Assembly (NCBI GenBank): GCA_965243025.1
Contig: CBDETY010000003.1
Coordinates: 448,001-512,000 of the forward strand
DNA: 64,000 nucleotides
Direction of reading: 5' to 3'
Source: Candidatus Latescibacterota bacterium
GTDB lineage: Bacteria; Latescibacterota; UBA2968; UBA8231
Under the pieces are notes generated by a model. The model was not told the origin of the DNA. It searched no databases and saw nothing but the letters and a program-made list of their open reading frames with translations. Numbering within the stretch: the first letter of the stretch is position 1; the number at the start of each line of letters is the position of its first letter. Below are positions 1-10,104 of this stretch, piece by piece. The position numbers and the translations under genes are program-made.

Positions 1-157
1 GTATCGTCAAGGATCAGGAGGGAGGAAGGCGGATGTGACCGGCACCCGGGGCCGAGACCCGGTTGCCGAAGGCCGCGGTACCCGCAAAGACTCTTTCCCG
101 GGGCGCCATCACGGGGCGCGAGAAAATCCACGGCTGATACCAGAAGAGGGAGGAACG

Positions 158-1063
158 ATGACAGATCGACTCGAGGTGATCGCCGACGACGGCAACCTGG
201 TAGGGGAAGGCCCGATCTGGGACGGGGAGCGCAACCGCCTGCTGTGGACGGACATCTCCAGCTCGCTGGTCTACCAGATCGACGCCGGCGGCAACAAGAG
301 CATCATCAACCGCGGCCTCGTCGTGAACGGCATCGGCCTCAACGGCGACGGCCGCCTCGTCTTCTCGGGGGCGGACGGGCTGTTCCTGTGGAGCGGGGAA
401 GGGGAGTACCGGAACATCGCCTCGGAACACGAAGGGGAGGCCCTCTCCTTCAACGACATGATCGTCGGTCCGCAGGGGCGGGTGTACGCCGGGACCATGT
501 ACTGGGGGGACGAGGGCAAGGAGAAGGACGGCAAGCTCTACCTGTTCGACGCCGGAGGCGGCGTCGAGGTCGTCGCCGAGGGGATCGAGCTGTCCAACGG
601 CCTGGGGTTCAGCCCTGACGAGGGGACCCTCTACTACTCCGATTCCGCCTCCCGCAGGATCTACGCCTTCGACGTCGACGCTGGCACCGGCAGGCTGGAG
701 AACCGGCGGGTGTTCGTGCAGGTGCCCCGCGACGAGGGGATTCCCGACGGCATGACCGTCGACGCCGAGGGCTTCGTCTGGAGCGCCCAGTGGTACGGCG
801 AGCAGGTGGTCCGCTACGATCCGGACGGCAGGGTGGAGCGCCGCCTGCCGATGCCGGTGAAACAGGTCTCCGCCGTCGCCTTCGGCGGACCGGACCTCGA
901 CGAGCTCTACATCACCAGCGCCGGGGAATCCTGGCCGAGCGACGCCGCCCCACCGGGGTACGACTCAGCGGCGCCGAACATCGGCGGCCCCCTCTACCGG
1001 CTGCGCGTTGACGTCAGGGGCAAGCCGGAATTCCGCGCCGCCTTCGAGCAGGGGAGCGGGTAA
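158..1063 (+). CDS. SMP-30/gluconolactonase/LRE family protein
   Basis: Motifs GEGPIWD, FND, SNGLGFSPD and PDGMTVDAEG; ATG at 158 follows a GAGGA RBS. Confidence 0.92.
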   Translation: MTDRLEVIADDGNLVGEGPIWDGERNRLLWTDISSSLVYQIDAGGNKSIINRGLVVNGIGLNGDGRLVFSGADGLFLWSGEGEYRNIASEHEGEALSFNDMIVGPQGRVYAGTMYWGDEGKEKDGKLYLFDAGGGVEVVAEGIELSNGLGFSPDEGTLYYSDSASRRIYAFDVDAGTGRLENRRVFVQVPRDEGIPDGMTVDAEGFVWSAQWYGEQVVRYDPDGRVERRLPMPVKQVSAVAFGGPDLDELYITSAGESWPSDAAPPGYDSAAPNIGGPLYRLRVDVRGKPEFRAAFEQGSG

Positions 1064-1395
1064 TGCAGCGGGTGGCGTTCGTAATGCAGGTGAAGCCGGG
1101 GCAGGAGGAGGAGTACGTCCGCCGCCACCGCGAGGTCTGGCCGCAGGTCGAGGCCGACCTGAAGCGGGCCGGCGTGCACAGGATGAGCATCTTCATGTCC
1201 GGGCGGCAGCTGTTCCTGTACATGGAGGTCGAGGATTACGCCGCGGCCTGCGAGGTCCTCGAGAGCAGCCCGGAGTCGGTGCGCTGGGAGGAGTACATGG
1301 CGCCGATCATGGAGAACGCCGGGGGGGAGGAGTACGACCCGGCGAACCCGTACCCCGAGGGGTTGCCGGAGGTCTATTCCTGGGAAGCCTGCTGA
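1063..1395 (+). CDS. rhaM: L-rhamnose mutarotase family protein
   Basis: Signature RVAFVMQVKPG..EEYVRRH..VWP..SIF; start overlaps the upstream stop (TAATG). Confidence 0.82.
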   Translation: MQRVAFVMQVKPGQEEEYVRRHREVWPQVEADLKRAGVHRMSIFMSGRQLFLYMEVEDYAAACEVLESSPESVRWEEYMAPIMENAGGEEYDPANPYPEGLPEVYSWEAC

Positions 1396-1498
1396 CGGCC
1401 GGTCGGGAGGTTGAGGGCCGGCAGGGTTGGCAAACGCCCCAAGCCTGCCGGCGGACTCGAAGGTGGAATTTCGGCCGGGTCGAGGCGGTCCCGGGCGA

Positions 1499-2860
1499 TC
1501 AGTCCGTACCAGGGGCGCAGCCCGCGGCGAGCCCCGCCTCCTGCTGCAGGCGCAGCTCGAGGGCGGGGGACTCGGCCAGCTCGACGTCGTCCCGGGTGAT
1601 CAGCCCGTCCTCGGCGACGTCCCGCCTCAGCACGGCGCCGCGCGAAAGCCCGACCGGCAGCAGGTTCTCCGCTCCGGCCACCGACGCCTTCTCGAGCAGT
1701 CCGTAGATGCAGAAGCCCCCCTCTCCGTCGAGCGTGGTCCCCGCCTTCAGCGGCTTCTTCGCCGCCGACACGACCTCGGCGTGCCAGCCGATCGGGGAGC
1801 CGCAGGTCTGGTTGTCGAGCATGATTGTCGCCACCGAAATCGGCATCTCGTGGCCGATCCAGTGCTGCGGCCGGTAGATCATCGCGTAGTTGCTGCGCTT
1901 TCCGATGATCATGCCGATGATCTCCCCGTACGATCCCAGCGATTCCGCGGCGAACCCGGTCGGCCCATCGACGACGCAGTAGAGGCCGCCGCGCAGGCTG
2001 CGCTCGACCGCGGCCTCGTTCTCGTCGATGGAGCTGACCGCCTCGACCACCCCTTCCTGCGAGAGCACCCCGCCCCTGTCGCGGTGGCAGACGACGTCGG
2101 GGATGTCGCGCAGGTCGGAGCAGGGGAAGTGCATGCCGCGCACGTCCGGCACGAGGCCGGACATGTTGGCGAGACAGGCCATCTCGATGGCGTGCTTGGT
2201 GCCGTCGAGGAAGCTGCCGAACATCTGCGCGTTGTAGTCGTCGCCGGTGAAGCCGTAGAGCCGCGGCACGTCGTCGGGGTTGGCCTTGCGGAACGCGGTT
2301 CTGAAGCGCGTCCCCTTGCCGGCGGCGACCACCCGGAAGCCGAGGGCGCGGGCCCAGTCCCACAAGCCCAGGGCTACCGCCGGCTCGTCGCCGTACGCGG
2401 CGCTGTAGAGGACCCCGGCCTCGTCGGCGAGCCGTTTCAGCTGCCAGCCGGCGACGACGTCCGCCTCGACCGTCACCATCACCACGTGCTTGCCGGCGGC
2501 GATGGCGTCGCGCGCGTGGCCGGCCCCGGCCTCGACGTTGCCGGTGGCCTCGATGACGACGTCGACGCCGCTTTCGACCAGGACCCGGGCCTCCCGGGTG
2601 ACGGCGAAGCGCCGGGAAGCGATGGCCGCGTCGACCGCGTCAGGTGTGTCCGCCTCGACCACCTCGCAGTCTCCGGCGCCGCCGATGCGGAAGGCGCGCA
2701 CCCCCTTGTCCGGGTCGAGCTCGGCGATGACGGCCAGGCGCATCCCGGGGGCCGCGGCCATCTGCGAGGCGATCTGGGTGCCGAAGGTGCCGGCGGCGAT
2801 GAGGCCGACCTGGATCGGCTCGCCCCTCTCCTCCCGTTCGCGCAGCCGCTGGTAGAGCAT
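1499..2860 (-). CDS. Homoserine-dehydrogenase-like NAD(P)-dependent oxidoreductase with C-terminal SAF domain
   Basis: Rossmann-like GLIAAGTFG, plus VEADVVAG, GDEP, DGTK and the SAF region AKKPLKAGTTLDGEGG. Confidence 0.85.
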   Translation of the reverse strand: MLYQRLREREERGEPIQVGLIAAGTFGTQIASQMAAAPGMRLAVIAELDPDKGVRAFRIGGAGDCEVVEADTPDAVDAAIASRRFAVTREARVLVESGVDVVIEATGNVEAGAGHARDAIAAGKHVVMVTVEADVVAGWQLKRLADEAGVLYSAAYGDEPAVALGLWDWARALGFRVVAAGKGTRFRTAFRKANPDDVPRLYGFTGDDYNAQMFGSFLDGTKHAIEMACLANMSGLVPDVRGMHFPCSDLRDIPDVVCHRDRGGVLSQEGVVEAVSSIDENEAAVERSLRGGLYCVVDGPTGFAAESLGSYGEIIGMIIGKRSNYAMIYRPQHWIGHEMPISVATIMLDNQTCGSPIGWHAEVVSAAKKPLKAGTTLDGEGGFCIYGLLEKASVAGAENLLPVGLSRGAVLRRDVAEDGLITRDDVELAESPALELRLQQEAGLAAGCAPGTD

Positions 2861-2866
2861 GGGCCG

Positions 2867-3637
2867 TTACTCCTCGAGGCGCTGCCAGCGCAGCACCTGC
2901 CTGGCGTGGTCGGACAGGGACTCCCAGAGCTCGCGGGAGAAGTGGGCCTGGGTGTTCTCGTGCTGCCAGCGGCTGAAGACCCAGGAGCTGCTCATCGCCA
3001 TGCAGATCTCGTCGCGCGGGCTGTCGGAGCGGTTGGGGGTGCCGCGGTGGATGACGCGGTTGTCGTGCACCCACAGGGAACCCTTGCGCAGGTTGAGCCG
3101 GCGCGAGGTGAACCGCTCGCTGAAGGCGGCGCCGTGGCCGAAGAGGTCGTCGAGGTTTTCGGCGGGCAGCTCGCCGACGTACTGGGTGCAGGGCATCACC
3201 TCGAAGCTGCCGTTCTCCTCGGAGGTGTCGCACAGGGGGAACTTGACCCCGACCTGGTAGCAGGGGGTGGCGATGCCCGGGAGCAATTCGTTGATGCCGT
3301 CCCGGTGCCAGCGCTGGTAGTCGGTCCCCGGCAGCGGGATGTTCGAGTCGAACACGAACCAGACGTAGTCCTCGCCGAGGATCTCCCCGAGAAAGGCCAC
3401 GAGGTCGGGGTGCTCGAAGATCTCCTCGTCGAAAAAGGGGGGCTCGTACGGCACCGGCACGTTGTAGCGGCCCCGGCCCCGGAGGGGGTTCTCCCCCTGC
3501 CTTTCGATGTCGGCGTCGCGGACCGGCTCCCAGGCCTCGAGGATGCGGTCGATCTTTTCGTCCGGGATCAGGTCCTCGAAGACGACGAACCCGTTGATGC
3601 GGAACTGCTGGACCCTGGCGGCGGCGTCCGGGCTCAT
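2867..3637 (-). CDS. Phytanoyl-CoA dioxygenase (PhyH) family Fe(II)/2OG dioxygenase
   Basis: QRWHRD (HxD), ENGSFEVMP and distal HRGTPNRS; start MSPDAAARV at 3637 overlaps the stop of the upstream paralog. Confidence 0.87.
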   Translation of the reverse strand: MSPDAAARVQQFRINGFVVFEDLIPDEKIDRILEAWEPVRDADIERQGENPLRGRGRYNVPVPYEPPFFDEEIFEHPDLVAFLGEILGEDYVWFVFDSNIPLPGTDYQRWHRDGINELLPGIATPCYQVGVKFPLCDTSEENGSFEVMPCTQYVGELPAENLDDLFGHGAAFSERFTSRRLNLRKGSLWVHDNRVIHRGTPNRSDSPRDEICMAMSSSWVFSRWQHENTQAHFSRELWESLSDHARQVLRWQRLEE

Positions 3638-4428
3638 CGGGTCTCCTCTACGCGCATCAGCCGCAGCACCTGCCTGCCGTGGTCGGGCAGGGACTCCCAC
3701 AGGGCGCGCGGGAAGTGGCTGGCGGTCTCCTCGTGCAGCCACCGGTTGAACAGGAAGGGGCGCGACATCGCCATGCAGAGCTCGTCGCGCGGGAGGCCGG
3801 AGCGGTTGGGAGTGCCGCGGTGGTAGTTGCGGCCGTCCTGCATCCACAGGGAGCCCTTGCGCAGGTTGAGACGGACCGGCTTGAAGGCGGGGTTCGAGTC
3901 CGCACCCCTGCCGAGCACCTCGTCGAGGTCCTCCCGCGGCAGCACCTCCTCGGTGACGTACTGGGTGCAGGGCATCACCTCGAAGCTGCCGTTCTCCTCC
4001 GAGGTGTCGCACAAGGGGAACTTGACCCCGATGGTGGTGGCCGGGGTCATGATGCCGGGGAAGAGGTTGGCGCGGCCGTCGCGGTGCCAGTTCTGGTAGT
4101 CGGTTCCCGGCAGCGGGATGTTGGAATCGAAGTGGGTCCAGACGTAGTCGTCGCCGAGCGCCTGCCGGAGAAAGGCGGCGACCGCGGGATGCTCGAAGAT
4201 CTCCGGGTCGACGAAGGGCTCGCGGAAGGGGACCCGGACATTGTAGCGGCCCCGGCCCCGGGGCGGGTTCTCCCCCTGCCTTTCGATGCCGGCGTCGCGG
4301 ACCGGCACCCAGGCCTCGAGGATGCGGTCGATCTTTTCGTGCGGGATCAGGTCCTCGAAGACCGTGAACCCGTTGATGCGGAACTCGAGGAGCCTGGCGT
4401 CGATGTCGTATTCGCAGGAGGCGGTCAC
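3634..4428 (-). CDS. PhyH family dioxygenase, tandem paralog of 2867-3637
   Basis: QNWHRD, ENGSFEVMP, HRGTPNRS; long near-identical stretches shared with the neighbour. Confidence 0.87.
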   Translation of the reverse strand: MTASCEYDIDARLLEFRINGFTVFEDLIPHEKIDRILEAWVPVRDAGIERQGENPPRGRGRYNVRVPFREPFVDPEIFEHPAVAAFLRQALGDDYVWTHFDSNIPLPGTDYQNWHRDGRANLFPGIMTPATTIGVKFPLCDTSEENGSFEVMPCTQYVTEEVLPREDLDEVLGRGADSNPAFKPVRLNLRKGSLWMQDGRNYHRGTPNRSGLPRDELCMAMSRPFLFNRWLHEETASHFPRALWESLPDHGRQVLRLMRVEETR

Positions 4429-4658
4429 TGTCGTCTCAGGTTCGTTGCAGGCGAGCCACCCGGAAGCGGGGGTTCCGGCCGCGGGCAGGAGGTGCGCGGG
4501 ATTGCCCGTCCCCGGGCCGCGCGGTCAGGCTCGGGTCGTGGCGGCGGCGGGCGAATATAGATTCCCCTCCGAAGGGTTGACAACCGGTTCCGGGCCGGGC
4601 GGTATTTGCGGCCGCATCAAAGTTCGCGCCCCCCATACCCCAGAGACAGGGAGGTCCG

Positions 4659-5609
4659 ATGAAGGCAGTCATGGCCTTCGACCTCGGGGAGGAGTTCGTC
4701 GCCGACCTGCGCGCCTCCTTCCCCCAGGTCGAGTTCGCCCTCGCCTACAGCGAGGAGGGGCAGCTCGCGCAGGCCCCGGACGCCGAGATCTTCTTCGGCA
4801 CCATCAGCCGCGAAGCGTTTCTCGCCGCCGCCCGGCTGAAGTGGTACCAGTACATCGGCATCGGCTTCGACACCGAACTGCGCCGCGTCCCGGAGCTGAT
4901 CGACAGCCCCGTGGTCATGACGGTGAGCCGGGAGACGCACGTGGTCCCGATGGCCGATTACGTCTTCGCGATGATCCTGTCGTTCGCCCACTGCATCCCC
5001 GGGCTGATCGAGGATCAGAAGGCACGCCGCTGGGACCCGCACAAATGGGCGGTCACCGAGCTTGCGGGCTCGACGATGGGGGTGCTGGCCATGGGGGACA
5101 TCGGCAGGGCGGTGGCGCGCCGGGCGCAGGGGTTCGACATGGAGGTGTACGCCGTCGACCTCGCGCCGATGGAGCCGCCGCCGGGAGTCCGCGAGGTGTG
5201 GGGCCCCGAACGACTCGACGACCTGCTGAAGATATCGGACTGGTTCGTCGTCACGGCGCCGCGCACTCCGGAGACCGAGGGGCTGATCGACGCCCGCCGC
5301 TTCGGGATCATGAAGCGCAGCGCCCACCTGATCGTCGTCTCCCGCGGCGGCATCGTCGACGAGGAGGCGCTCGCCGCCGCCCTCGCCTCGGGAGAGATCG
5401 CCGGGGCCGGCTGCGACGCCCTGTGGCCGGAACCGCCGGCGCCGGACAGCCCCCTGTGGGACCTTCCCAACATGCTGATCTCGCCGCACTCGTCCGCCCA
5501 CTCGCCGCAGATGTGGGAGCGGCGCAGGCAGATCTTCAAGGAGAACCTGGGCCGCCACCTGGCGGGCGAGCCCCTGATGTTCGTCTGCGACAGAAAGAGA
5601 GGATACTGA
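4659..5609 (+). CDS. D-2-hydroxyacid dehydrogenase family protein
   Basis: AMGDIG nucleotide-binding loop, VSRGGIVDE, GCDAL..EP, ISPH. Confidence 0.9.
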   Translation: MKAVMAFDLGEEFVADLRASFPQVEFALAYSEEGQLAQAPDAEIFFGTISREAFLAAARLKWYQYIGIGFDTELRRVPELIDSPVVMTVSRETHVVPMADYVFAMILSFAHCIPGLIEDQKARRWDPHKWAVTELAGSTMGVLAMGDIGRAVARRAQGFDMEVYAVDLAPMEPPPGVREVWGPERLDDLLKISDWFVVTAPRTPETEGLIDARRFGIMKRSAHLIVVSRGGIVDEEALAAALASGEIAGAGCDALWPEPPAPDSPLWDLPNMLISPHSSAHSPQMWERRRQIFKENLGRHLAGEPLMFVCDRKRGY

Positions 5610-5615
5610 ACCCGC

Positions 5616-6359
5616 ATGGCACTTACCGAAGCGATCGTCGTCAACTGGAGGGAATCGCGCACCTATCTCGGCCACGACAACGCCGTCGTGTCACCGATAC
5701 TGACCCCGGCAGGAGGGGACAACGGCATCTCCTCCTGCCTGCAGTACATCGGCGCCTTCGCCAGACATTCGCTGCAGGGGCGCAAGAACTCCGACAACCA
5801 CTCCCACGACAGCGCCGAGCAGTACTACTACATCCTTTCGGGGGAAGGGGAGGTGCTGATCGGCGACGAGCGCCACCCGGTGCGGGAGGGCTCGGTCACC
5901 TACTTCCCGCCCGGAACGCCGCACCAGTACCTCAACGAAGGCACCGACGACTGGGCCGAGCACCTGATCATCACCTTCCCGACGGAGCGGACCGGCAGCG
6001 CCCCGCGGGTGCTCAACTGGCGCGACGTGACCCCGGCCTTCGGCGTCCACGGCGACGCGGTTACCTGGAAGCTGCTGGAATCGGTCGACGAGCCGGAGCC
6101 GGACACCGACCGGCCCTGCCTGCTGAAGTCATACTACCTGGCCAGACAGGCGGTCATGCGCGGCAAGGCTTCGGATTTTCACGTCCACGACGACAAGGAG
6201 CAGGTCTACTACATCCTCGAGGGAGAGGGGCTGGTGATCGCCGACCGCTGGGTGCACCGGGTCGGGGAAGGGGACACCGTGTACCTGCCGCGCGGCGTCG
6301 CCCACCAGATAATCAACGAGGGGTACGACGGCTGGCTGTCGTACCTCGTGGTCAGCTGA
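5616..6359 (+). CDS. Bicupin (two cupin_2 domains) protein
   Basis: Two cupin metal motifs: HSHDSAEQYYYILSGEG..PH and HVHDDKEQVYYILEGEG..AH. Confidence 0.85.
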   Translation: MALTEAIVVNWRESRTYLGHDNAVVSPILTPAGGDNGISSCLQYIGAFARHSLQGRKNSDNHSHDSAEQYYYILSGEGEVLIGDERHPVREGSVTYFPPGTPHQYLNEGTDDWAEHLIITFPTERTGSAPRVLNWRDVTPAFGVHGDAVTWKLLESVDEPEPDTDRPCLLKSYYLARQAVMRGKASDFHVHDDKEQVYYILEGEGLVIADRWVHRVGEGDTVYLPRGVAHQIINEGYDGWLSYLVVS

Positions 6360-6370
6360 GGGAGGAGACC

Positions 6371-7414
6371 ATGATTACCCGTCACCCCGACGTCCTTCGC
6401 GGCGACATCGCCCGCGTGCTGAGCGCCGCCGGCGCCGACGGCCGCAACGTCGAGATCGTCGCCGGCCACCTCACAGGGGCGGAGCTGTGCGGCGTCCAGA
6501 CCCACGGGATCTTCCAGATTCCGTCGTACATCGAGCAGATCGAGAAGAAGGAGCTGATCCCCGACGCCTGGCCCGAACTGCTCAGCGACTCCGGCAACCG
6601 CGCCGCGGTCACCGGCAACGTCGGCTTCGGCCACGCCGCCGCCGACTTCTCGTTGCGGCTGGCGGTGCAGAAAGCCCGCGACCACGGCCTCTCCCTCGTC
6701 GGGCTCGTCAGGGCCAACCACATAGGCCGCCTCGGCCACTACGCCGAGATCGCCGCCGGGCAGGGGATGATCTCGATGATCTGGGGATCGGGGTACTCGG
6801 TGACCAGCGCCCGGGCGGCCCCGTTCGGGGGCCGCGACCGCGTCCTCGACACCAACCCCTACTGCGTCGGCATCCCCGCCGGGGAGGGCAGGCCCCCGGT
6901 GATCGTCGACTTCGCAACTACTGCGGGTTCCGCGGTGAAGGTGATGAACGCGCAGCGCCGCGGCGAAGAGCTGCCTCCCGGGATGATCGTCGACAGCGAG
7001 GGCAGGCCGACCACCGACCCCGGAGACTTCTACGGCGGCGGGGCGCTCGCCCCGTTCGGCGGCCACAAGGGGTACGCGATCATGACCGTCGTCGAGCTTA
7101 TGGGCCGGGTGTTCGCCGGGGCGGACGGCCACGCCCGCGAGGGGGAGGGGACGCCGATGATGCGCCACCAGGGAGTGACCTTCCTGGTGCTGCGCGCCGA
7201 CGCCCTCGGGCCGATGGATGAGTTCCTCGCCCGCGCCGGGGCCACCCTCGACGGCATCAGCGGCAGCGAGCCGGCCGCCGGTTTCGACGAGGTGCTCTAC
7301 CCCGGTCAGAAAGAGGAGGCGACGCGGCGCAGGTGGGCCGAAGGCATCCCGCTGGCCGAGGACGTCTGGGAGATGTTCACCCAAGCGGCGCTGAAGGTCG
7401 GGGTCGAGCTGTAG
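6371..7414 (+). CDS. Ldh_2 (malate/L-lactate/ureidoglycolate dehydrogenase) family oxidoreductase
   Basis: GVQTHG, NHIGRLG, TNP, DFAT and GGHKGY; GGAGGAG RBS before ATG 6371. Confidence 0.9.
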   Translation: MITRHPDVLRGDIARVLSAAGADGRNVEIVAGHLTGAELCGVQTHGIFQIPSYIEQIEKKELIPDAWPELLSDSGNRAAVTGNVGFGHAAADFSLRLAVQKARDHGLSLVGLVRANHIGRLGHYAEIAAGQGMISMIWGSGYSVTSARAAPFGGRDRVLDTNPYCVGIPAGEGRPPVIVDFATTAGSAVKVMNAQRRGEELPPGMIVDSEGRPTTDPGDFYGGGALAPFGGHKGYAIMTVVELMGRVFAGADGHAREGEGTPMMRHQGVTFLVLRADALGPMDEFLARAGATLDGISGSEPAAGFDEVLYPGQKEEATRRRWAEGIPLAEDVWEMFTQAALKVGVEL

Positions 7415-7552
7415 CGAAGGGTGTAGCGCGAACGTGGGGTCCGGGGGGCCGGAAGGTGCGGCCAGCATGGCGCCTGCGGCCCGCGGTCCGCCCAGGGAAT
7501 CGGACGAACCTCCCCGGTTCGCCCGGACAAGCTCACCGAAGGCGGGGAACTC

Positions 7553-8569
7553 TCAGGAATAGAGATCGGCCACGTACTCTTCGTAGCCGTTGTAGAGCAG
7601 GGTAGGCCGCCACTCCCAGACCCCGATCATGCGCTCCTGCGCCTGCGACCAGCGCGGGTGGGGCACGTCGGGATTGACGTTCAGCCAGAAATCGTACTCC
7701 CGGGAATTTACGATGTTCCAGAAGTTGGCCGGCTGCTCGGCGACGAACTCGATGCGGACCACCGACTTGATGCTCTTCATGCCGTACTTCCAGGGAACGA
7801 TCAGCCGTATCGGGGCGCCGTGCTGCACCGGCAGCTCGTGCCCGTAGATGCCGGTCACCATCATGGTCAGCTCGTTGAGCGCCTCCGGCATCGACAGCCC
7901 CTCGACGTACGGCCAGGGCAGTTCCGGGGTGTTCCACTGGCCGCGGGCGTTCTCGGTGTCGAAGAAGCTGGTGAAGCGGACGAACTTCGCCGAGGAGAGC
8001 GGTTGGGCGAGGTCGATCAGGGCCCGCATGGGGAACCCCGTCCACGGCACCGCCATCGACCAGGCCTCGACGCAGCGGAAGCGGTAGAGCCTCTCTTCCA
8101 GCGGCATGCGGCGGACGAGGTCGTCGACGTCGAACGTCGCCGGCTTGTCGACGAGCCCCGATATCTCCACCGTCCACGGCCGCGTCTCGAAGTGGTCGAC
8201 GAACAGGTGCACCTGCTTCGACTGGGTGAACTCGTAGAAGTTGTTGTAGCGGCCCGCGACTTCCTCCTCGGTCAGGGGGCGGTCCAGGGTGTCGAACTCG
8301 GGGTTGAGCTCCGCCGGATAGAGGGGATTGCCCCCCTCGGGCGCGGCCGGCTCCTGCCCGGACGGCTCCTGCAGCGTCGGGAGGGCCGTTTCCTCTTCCG
8401 GTTCCGGGTCGACGGGAGTGATGATTCTATCGCTGCCGCAGCCGGCCGCCAGCCCCAGTCCGGCCAGGCCGGCCGAGCGCAGGAACCTGCGGCGGTTCAG
8501 GAAGACCTCTTCCGGGGTCGCCTCCCGTTCCGGTATTTCCCATCCCCGCCTGCGCCGAATACCTGTCAT
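7553..8569 (-). CDS. msrP: Protein-methionine-sulfoxide reductase catalytic subunit (molybdoenzyme)
   Basis: Tat motif NRRRFL, YNNFYEF, RFRCVEAWSM, WPYVEGL, QHGAPIRLIVPWKYG and NVNPDVPHPRWSQA. Confidence 0.92.
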   Translation of the reverse strand: MTGIRRRRGWEIPEREATPEEVFLNRRRFLRSAGLAGLGLAAGCGSDRIITPVDPEPEEETALPTLQEPSGQEPAAPEGGNPLYPAELNPEFDTLDRPLTEEEVAGRYNNFYEFTQSKQVHLFVDHFETRPWTVEISGLVDKPATFDVDDLVRRMPLEERLYRFRCVEAWSMAVPWTGFPMRALIDLAQPLSSAKFVRFTSFFDTENARGQWNTPELPWPYVEGLSMPEALNELTMMVTGIYGHELPVQHGAPIRLIVPWKYGMKSIKSVVRIEFVAEQPANFWNIVNSREYDFWLNVNPDVPHPRWSQAQERMIGVWEWRPTLLYNGYEEYVADLYS

Positions 8570-8827
8570 CGTATCCTCGTAATGACCCAGGTGTTGCCGC
8601 CCGTCGAGTTGCAGCCGGCGGCTGTCCGAAAAAGCTCGAAGCTCGATTCCGCGTCGCGGCAAACCGCAGTTGGCGTCCCCGACAATGTAAGGATGTTCTA
8701 ATCGCCGATCATGCCCCCCTGTCGGGAAGCGACGCGCCTCGCCGGCCCCCCGGTTGCTTCCGCTGAGCCATCGAAGCGATCTTACCCCCGCCGACACCGC
8801 CCAAAACAGGGTCGCAAATCTACACAC

Positions 8828-9945
8828 GGGACACGACACTGATGAGCGGACTGAAGCGACAGCAGAACAAGGGGAGGGGTCGGCTGAATGCGGAGGAGTA
8901 CCGCGAGCTGTTCGAGGAGTGCCACGAGGCCATGGCGATCATCGCCCGCGACGGGACCATCCTCGACGCCAACCACGCCGCCAGCGAGCTGTTCGACTGG
9001 CCCCATGCCGAGTTCCTCGGCCTGAACATCCTCTCCGTCTACGCAAATCCCGAAGACCGCGCCCGCTACCAGGAGCAGGTCGAGCGCGACGGGTACGTCC
9101 GCGACTTCGAGGTCGTCTTCGTCACCCGCGGCGGGCGCCGGCTCGACTGCCTGCTGACCACCGTGGTGCGGCGCGCCGCCGACGGCCGCGTCATCGGGTA
9201 CCAGGGCCTGGTCCGCGACGACACCGAGCGCCGGCGCATGGACAGGGAACTGCGGGAATACCACGAACAGGTTCGCGCGATGGCTGCCGGGTTCGTCGCC
9301 ATCGAGGACCGCGAGCGGCGGCGCATCGCCGTCGACCTGCACGACCGCGTCGGCCAGACCCTGGCCGCGTCGCAGATGAAGATCGATGTGCTGCGGCGGG
9401 CGGACGGGGAGGCGCGCCAGGCCCTGCTCGAGGACCTGCACGGCCTGCTCGACCGGACGAAAAGAGAGCTGCGCACGCTGGTTTTCGAGCTCAGTCCGCC
9501 GGTGCTGCACGACTTCGGGCTGGTGGCCGGCCTGCACTCGCTCGCCGGGCACCTCGAGAAGGAGCACGGGCTGCGGGTCAGCCTGGAAAGCGAGGGGGAC
9601 TGCGAGGTGGTGGACGAGGGTCTGCGCGCTACGCTGTTCCGCTGCCTTCGCGAGCTGTTGCTCAACGTCGCCCGGCACGCCGGCACGGACGCGGCGGTGG
9701 TGTCCCTGCGCCGCGACGAGAGGCAACTGAGCCTGGCGGTCGCCGACCGCGGCCGGGGCTTCGAGCCCTCTCCGGATGGAGCCCGGCAGGGCTTGGGTTT
9801 CGGCCTGTTCAGCATCGGCGAATGCCTGAGTCAGGCCGGCGGTACCTTCGCCATCGAATCGGCCCCGGGGCAGGGGACGCGCTGCGTGCTGGCGGTCCCT
9901 TCCTCATCCCTGGGGTAAAAGGAGAACTCCCGATGACGACCGCGT
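8828..9945 (+). repeat. About 1.1-kb near-identical duplication of the kinase gene (second copy about 17272-18390)
   Basis: DNA matches from gggacacgacac through ggagaactcccgatgacga with only scattered substitutions. Confidence 0.93.
8842..9918 (+). CDS. Soluble PAS-domain sensor histidine kinase (HisKA_3/NarX-type), copy 1
   Basis: N-terminal PAS, ERRRIAVDLHD H-box, ELLLNVARHA N-box, DRGRGF and GFGL; no transmembrane segment seen. Confidence 0.9.
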   Translation: MSGLKRQQNKGRGRLNAEEYRELFEECHEAMAIIARDGTILDANHAASELFDWPHAEFLGLNILSVYANPEDRARYQEQVERDGYVRDFEVVFVTRGGRRLDCLLTTVVRRAADGRVIGYQGLVRDDTERRRMDRELREYHEQVRAMAAGFVAIEDRERRRIAVDLHDRVGQTLAASQMKIDVLRRADGEARQALLEDLHGLLDRTKRELRTLVFELSPPVLHDFGLVAGLHSLAGHLEKEHGLRVSLESEGDCEVVDEGLRATLFRCLRELLLNVARHAGTDAAVVSLRRDERQLSLAVADRGRGFEPSPDGARQGLGFGLFSIGECLSQAGGTFAIESAPGQGTRCVLAVPSSSLG

Positions 9946-9991
9946 GGCCTTGACCAGGTACGCGGTCAGCACCGGGCTCACCACCCCGTAG
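9933..9991 (+). pseudogene. Internally deleted NarL-family response regulator remnant
   Basis: atgacgaccgcgt matches the start of the RR at 18377 and is joined directly to ggccttgaccaggtacgcggtcagcaccgggctcacc...tag, which matches the RR end near 18961-19006. Confidence 0.82.
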
Positions 9992-10104
9992 CTGCCCTCT
10001 TCGGGGCGGTCACTCCTTCCGCTTTCGGCTCCCGACTCCATAAGCCCCCCGGGAGCCCGCGGCGCCGGACTTTTTCCGGGCCAATCCCCCGTTTTTCGGA
10101 AATG

